From NCBI GenBank assembly GCA_963697705.1, contig CAVOPA010000018.1, positions 69,633 through 133,632 of the forward strand: a stretch of DNA of 64,000 nucleotides, written 5' to 3'. Made by a program: the position numbers and the translations under genes. This document shows positions 63,202 through 64,000 of this stretch, piece after piece. Numbering within the stretch: position 1 is the stretch's first letter; each line of letters begins with the position of its first letter. This DNA comes from Vicinamibacteria bacterium. Lineage in GTDB: Bacteria > Acidobacteriota > Vicinamibacteria > Vicinamibacterales > JAENWD01. Below the pieces are notes generated by a model that was not told the origin of the DNA, searched no databases, and saw only the letters and a program-made list of their open reading frames with translations.

Positions 63202-63963
63202 ATGCGCATCGACCTGAACGCCGACGCCGGCGAGTCGTTCGGCGCCTGGTCGATGGGTAATGACACCGCCCTCTTCCCGCACGTCACCTCCGTCAATATT
63301 GCCTGCGGCTTTCACGCGGGCGATCCCTCCGTGCTTCGCCGGACGATTCGCATGGCTGCGGCGGCCGGACTGCGCGTCGGCGCGCACCCTGGCTTGCCAG
63401 ACCTCCAGGGATTTGGCCGCCGGTCGATGGGGCTGACGCCCAGCGAGGTCGAGGACGTCGTCCTCTACCAGGTCGCCGCCGTCGCGGGGATCGCGCGCGC
63501 GGAAGGCGTGCGGATCGCGCACGTGAAGCCGCACGGCGCCCTCTACAACCAGGCTGTGGGCGATCCGTCGATCGCCGACGCCATTGCCCGCGCGGTGGCC
63601 AAGGCCGATCCGATGCTGGTGCTGGTGGGCCTGGCAGGATCCGCGCTCGTCGATGCCGCGCGCCGCGCGGGCTTGCAGGGCGAAGCAGAGGCGTTCGCCG
63701 ACCGCGCGTATCTCGCCGACGGCTCGCTCGCGCCGCGCGGCCTCGAGGGCGCGGTTATCGATGACCTCGCGACCGTGGCCGCACGCGCCGTCGGTATCGT
63801 GCGCGATCGGTGCGTCTCAACACTGGACGGCCCCGCCGAGCTCGATCTGCGCGCCGACACACTGTGCATCCACGGAGACACGCCAGGCGCGTCAGGCCTC
63901 GCTCGCGCGGTGCGCATGGCCCTCGAAGCCGCGGGTGTACGGGTTGCGGCACCGCAGCGCTGA
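63202..63963 (+). CDS. pxpA: 5-oxoprolinase subunit A (LamB/YcsF family)
   Basis: MRIDLNADAGESFG, NIACGFHAGDP, HVKPHGALYN. 253 aa. Confidence 0.9.
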   Translation: MRIDLNADAGESFGAWSMGNDTALFPHVTSVNIACGFHAGDPSVLRRTIRMAAAAGLRVGAHPGLPDLQGFGRRSMGLTPSEVEDVVLYQVAAVAGIARAEGVRIAHVKPHGALYNQAVGDPSIADAIARAVAKADPMLVLVGLAGSALVDAARRAGLQGEAEAFADRAYLADGSLAPRGLEGAVIDDLATVAARAVGIVRDRCVSTLDGPAELDLRADTLCIHGDTPGASGLARAVRMALEAAGVRVAAPQR

Positions 63964-64000
63964 CGGGCGCGCGTTGCCGTAGACGAAAAGTTGCCCTGTC

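Overview
GC-rich (roughly two-thirds G+C by eye) bacterial chromosomal segment. Three secreted VWA proteins of the 'acidobacterial VWFA' type, many GTG/TTG starts and 4-nt ATGA/GTGA operon junctions suggest an Acidobacteriota-like genome. I call about 66 protein-coding genes and one tRNA-Glu(CUC). I see no rRNA, CRISPR, or intact transposase/integrase. Most content is housekeeping: a gldA/F/G-type ABC operon; a peroxiredoxin; an ArsR-regulated heavy-metal P-type ATPase; nearly the whole pyrimidine pathway (pyrF-pyrD-pyrK on one strand, pyrR-pyrB-pyrC plus two extra genes on the other, pyrE separately); TolC with two glycosyltransferases; truA; the uppS-cdsA-dxr-rseP envelope cluster; cobA/hemD; atpZ-atpI-atpB-atpE; a ctaB-ABC-DUF420 cluster; eda; pxpA. 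Six things deserve a second look. (1) A LysW-type zinc-ribbon carrier protein with a long polyacidic insert is translationally coupled to a LarE-type PP-loop ATPase, and no LysX-type partner is in the window. (2) An orphan DGQHR (DndB-like) gene is followed by a ~250-nt leader that ends in a strong intrinsic terminator 11 nt before pxpA. (3) A ~3.2-kb integrase-less islet is bounded by tRNA-Glu and a 44-nt direct repeat of its 3' half; it carries a hydrolase-LuxR regulator, an isochorismatase-family hydrolase and a PIN/small-protein pair. (4) Three copies of a ~90-nt conserved intergenic element all lie upstream of minus-strand genes. (5) Tandem heptanucleotide arrays with several different 7-nt units sit at gene 3' ends. 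(6) Four single-base reading-frame disruptions and one internally deleted dipeptidase gene are either assembly indels or real gene decay. All functional calls come from motif recognition by eye, not from database searches.
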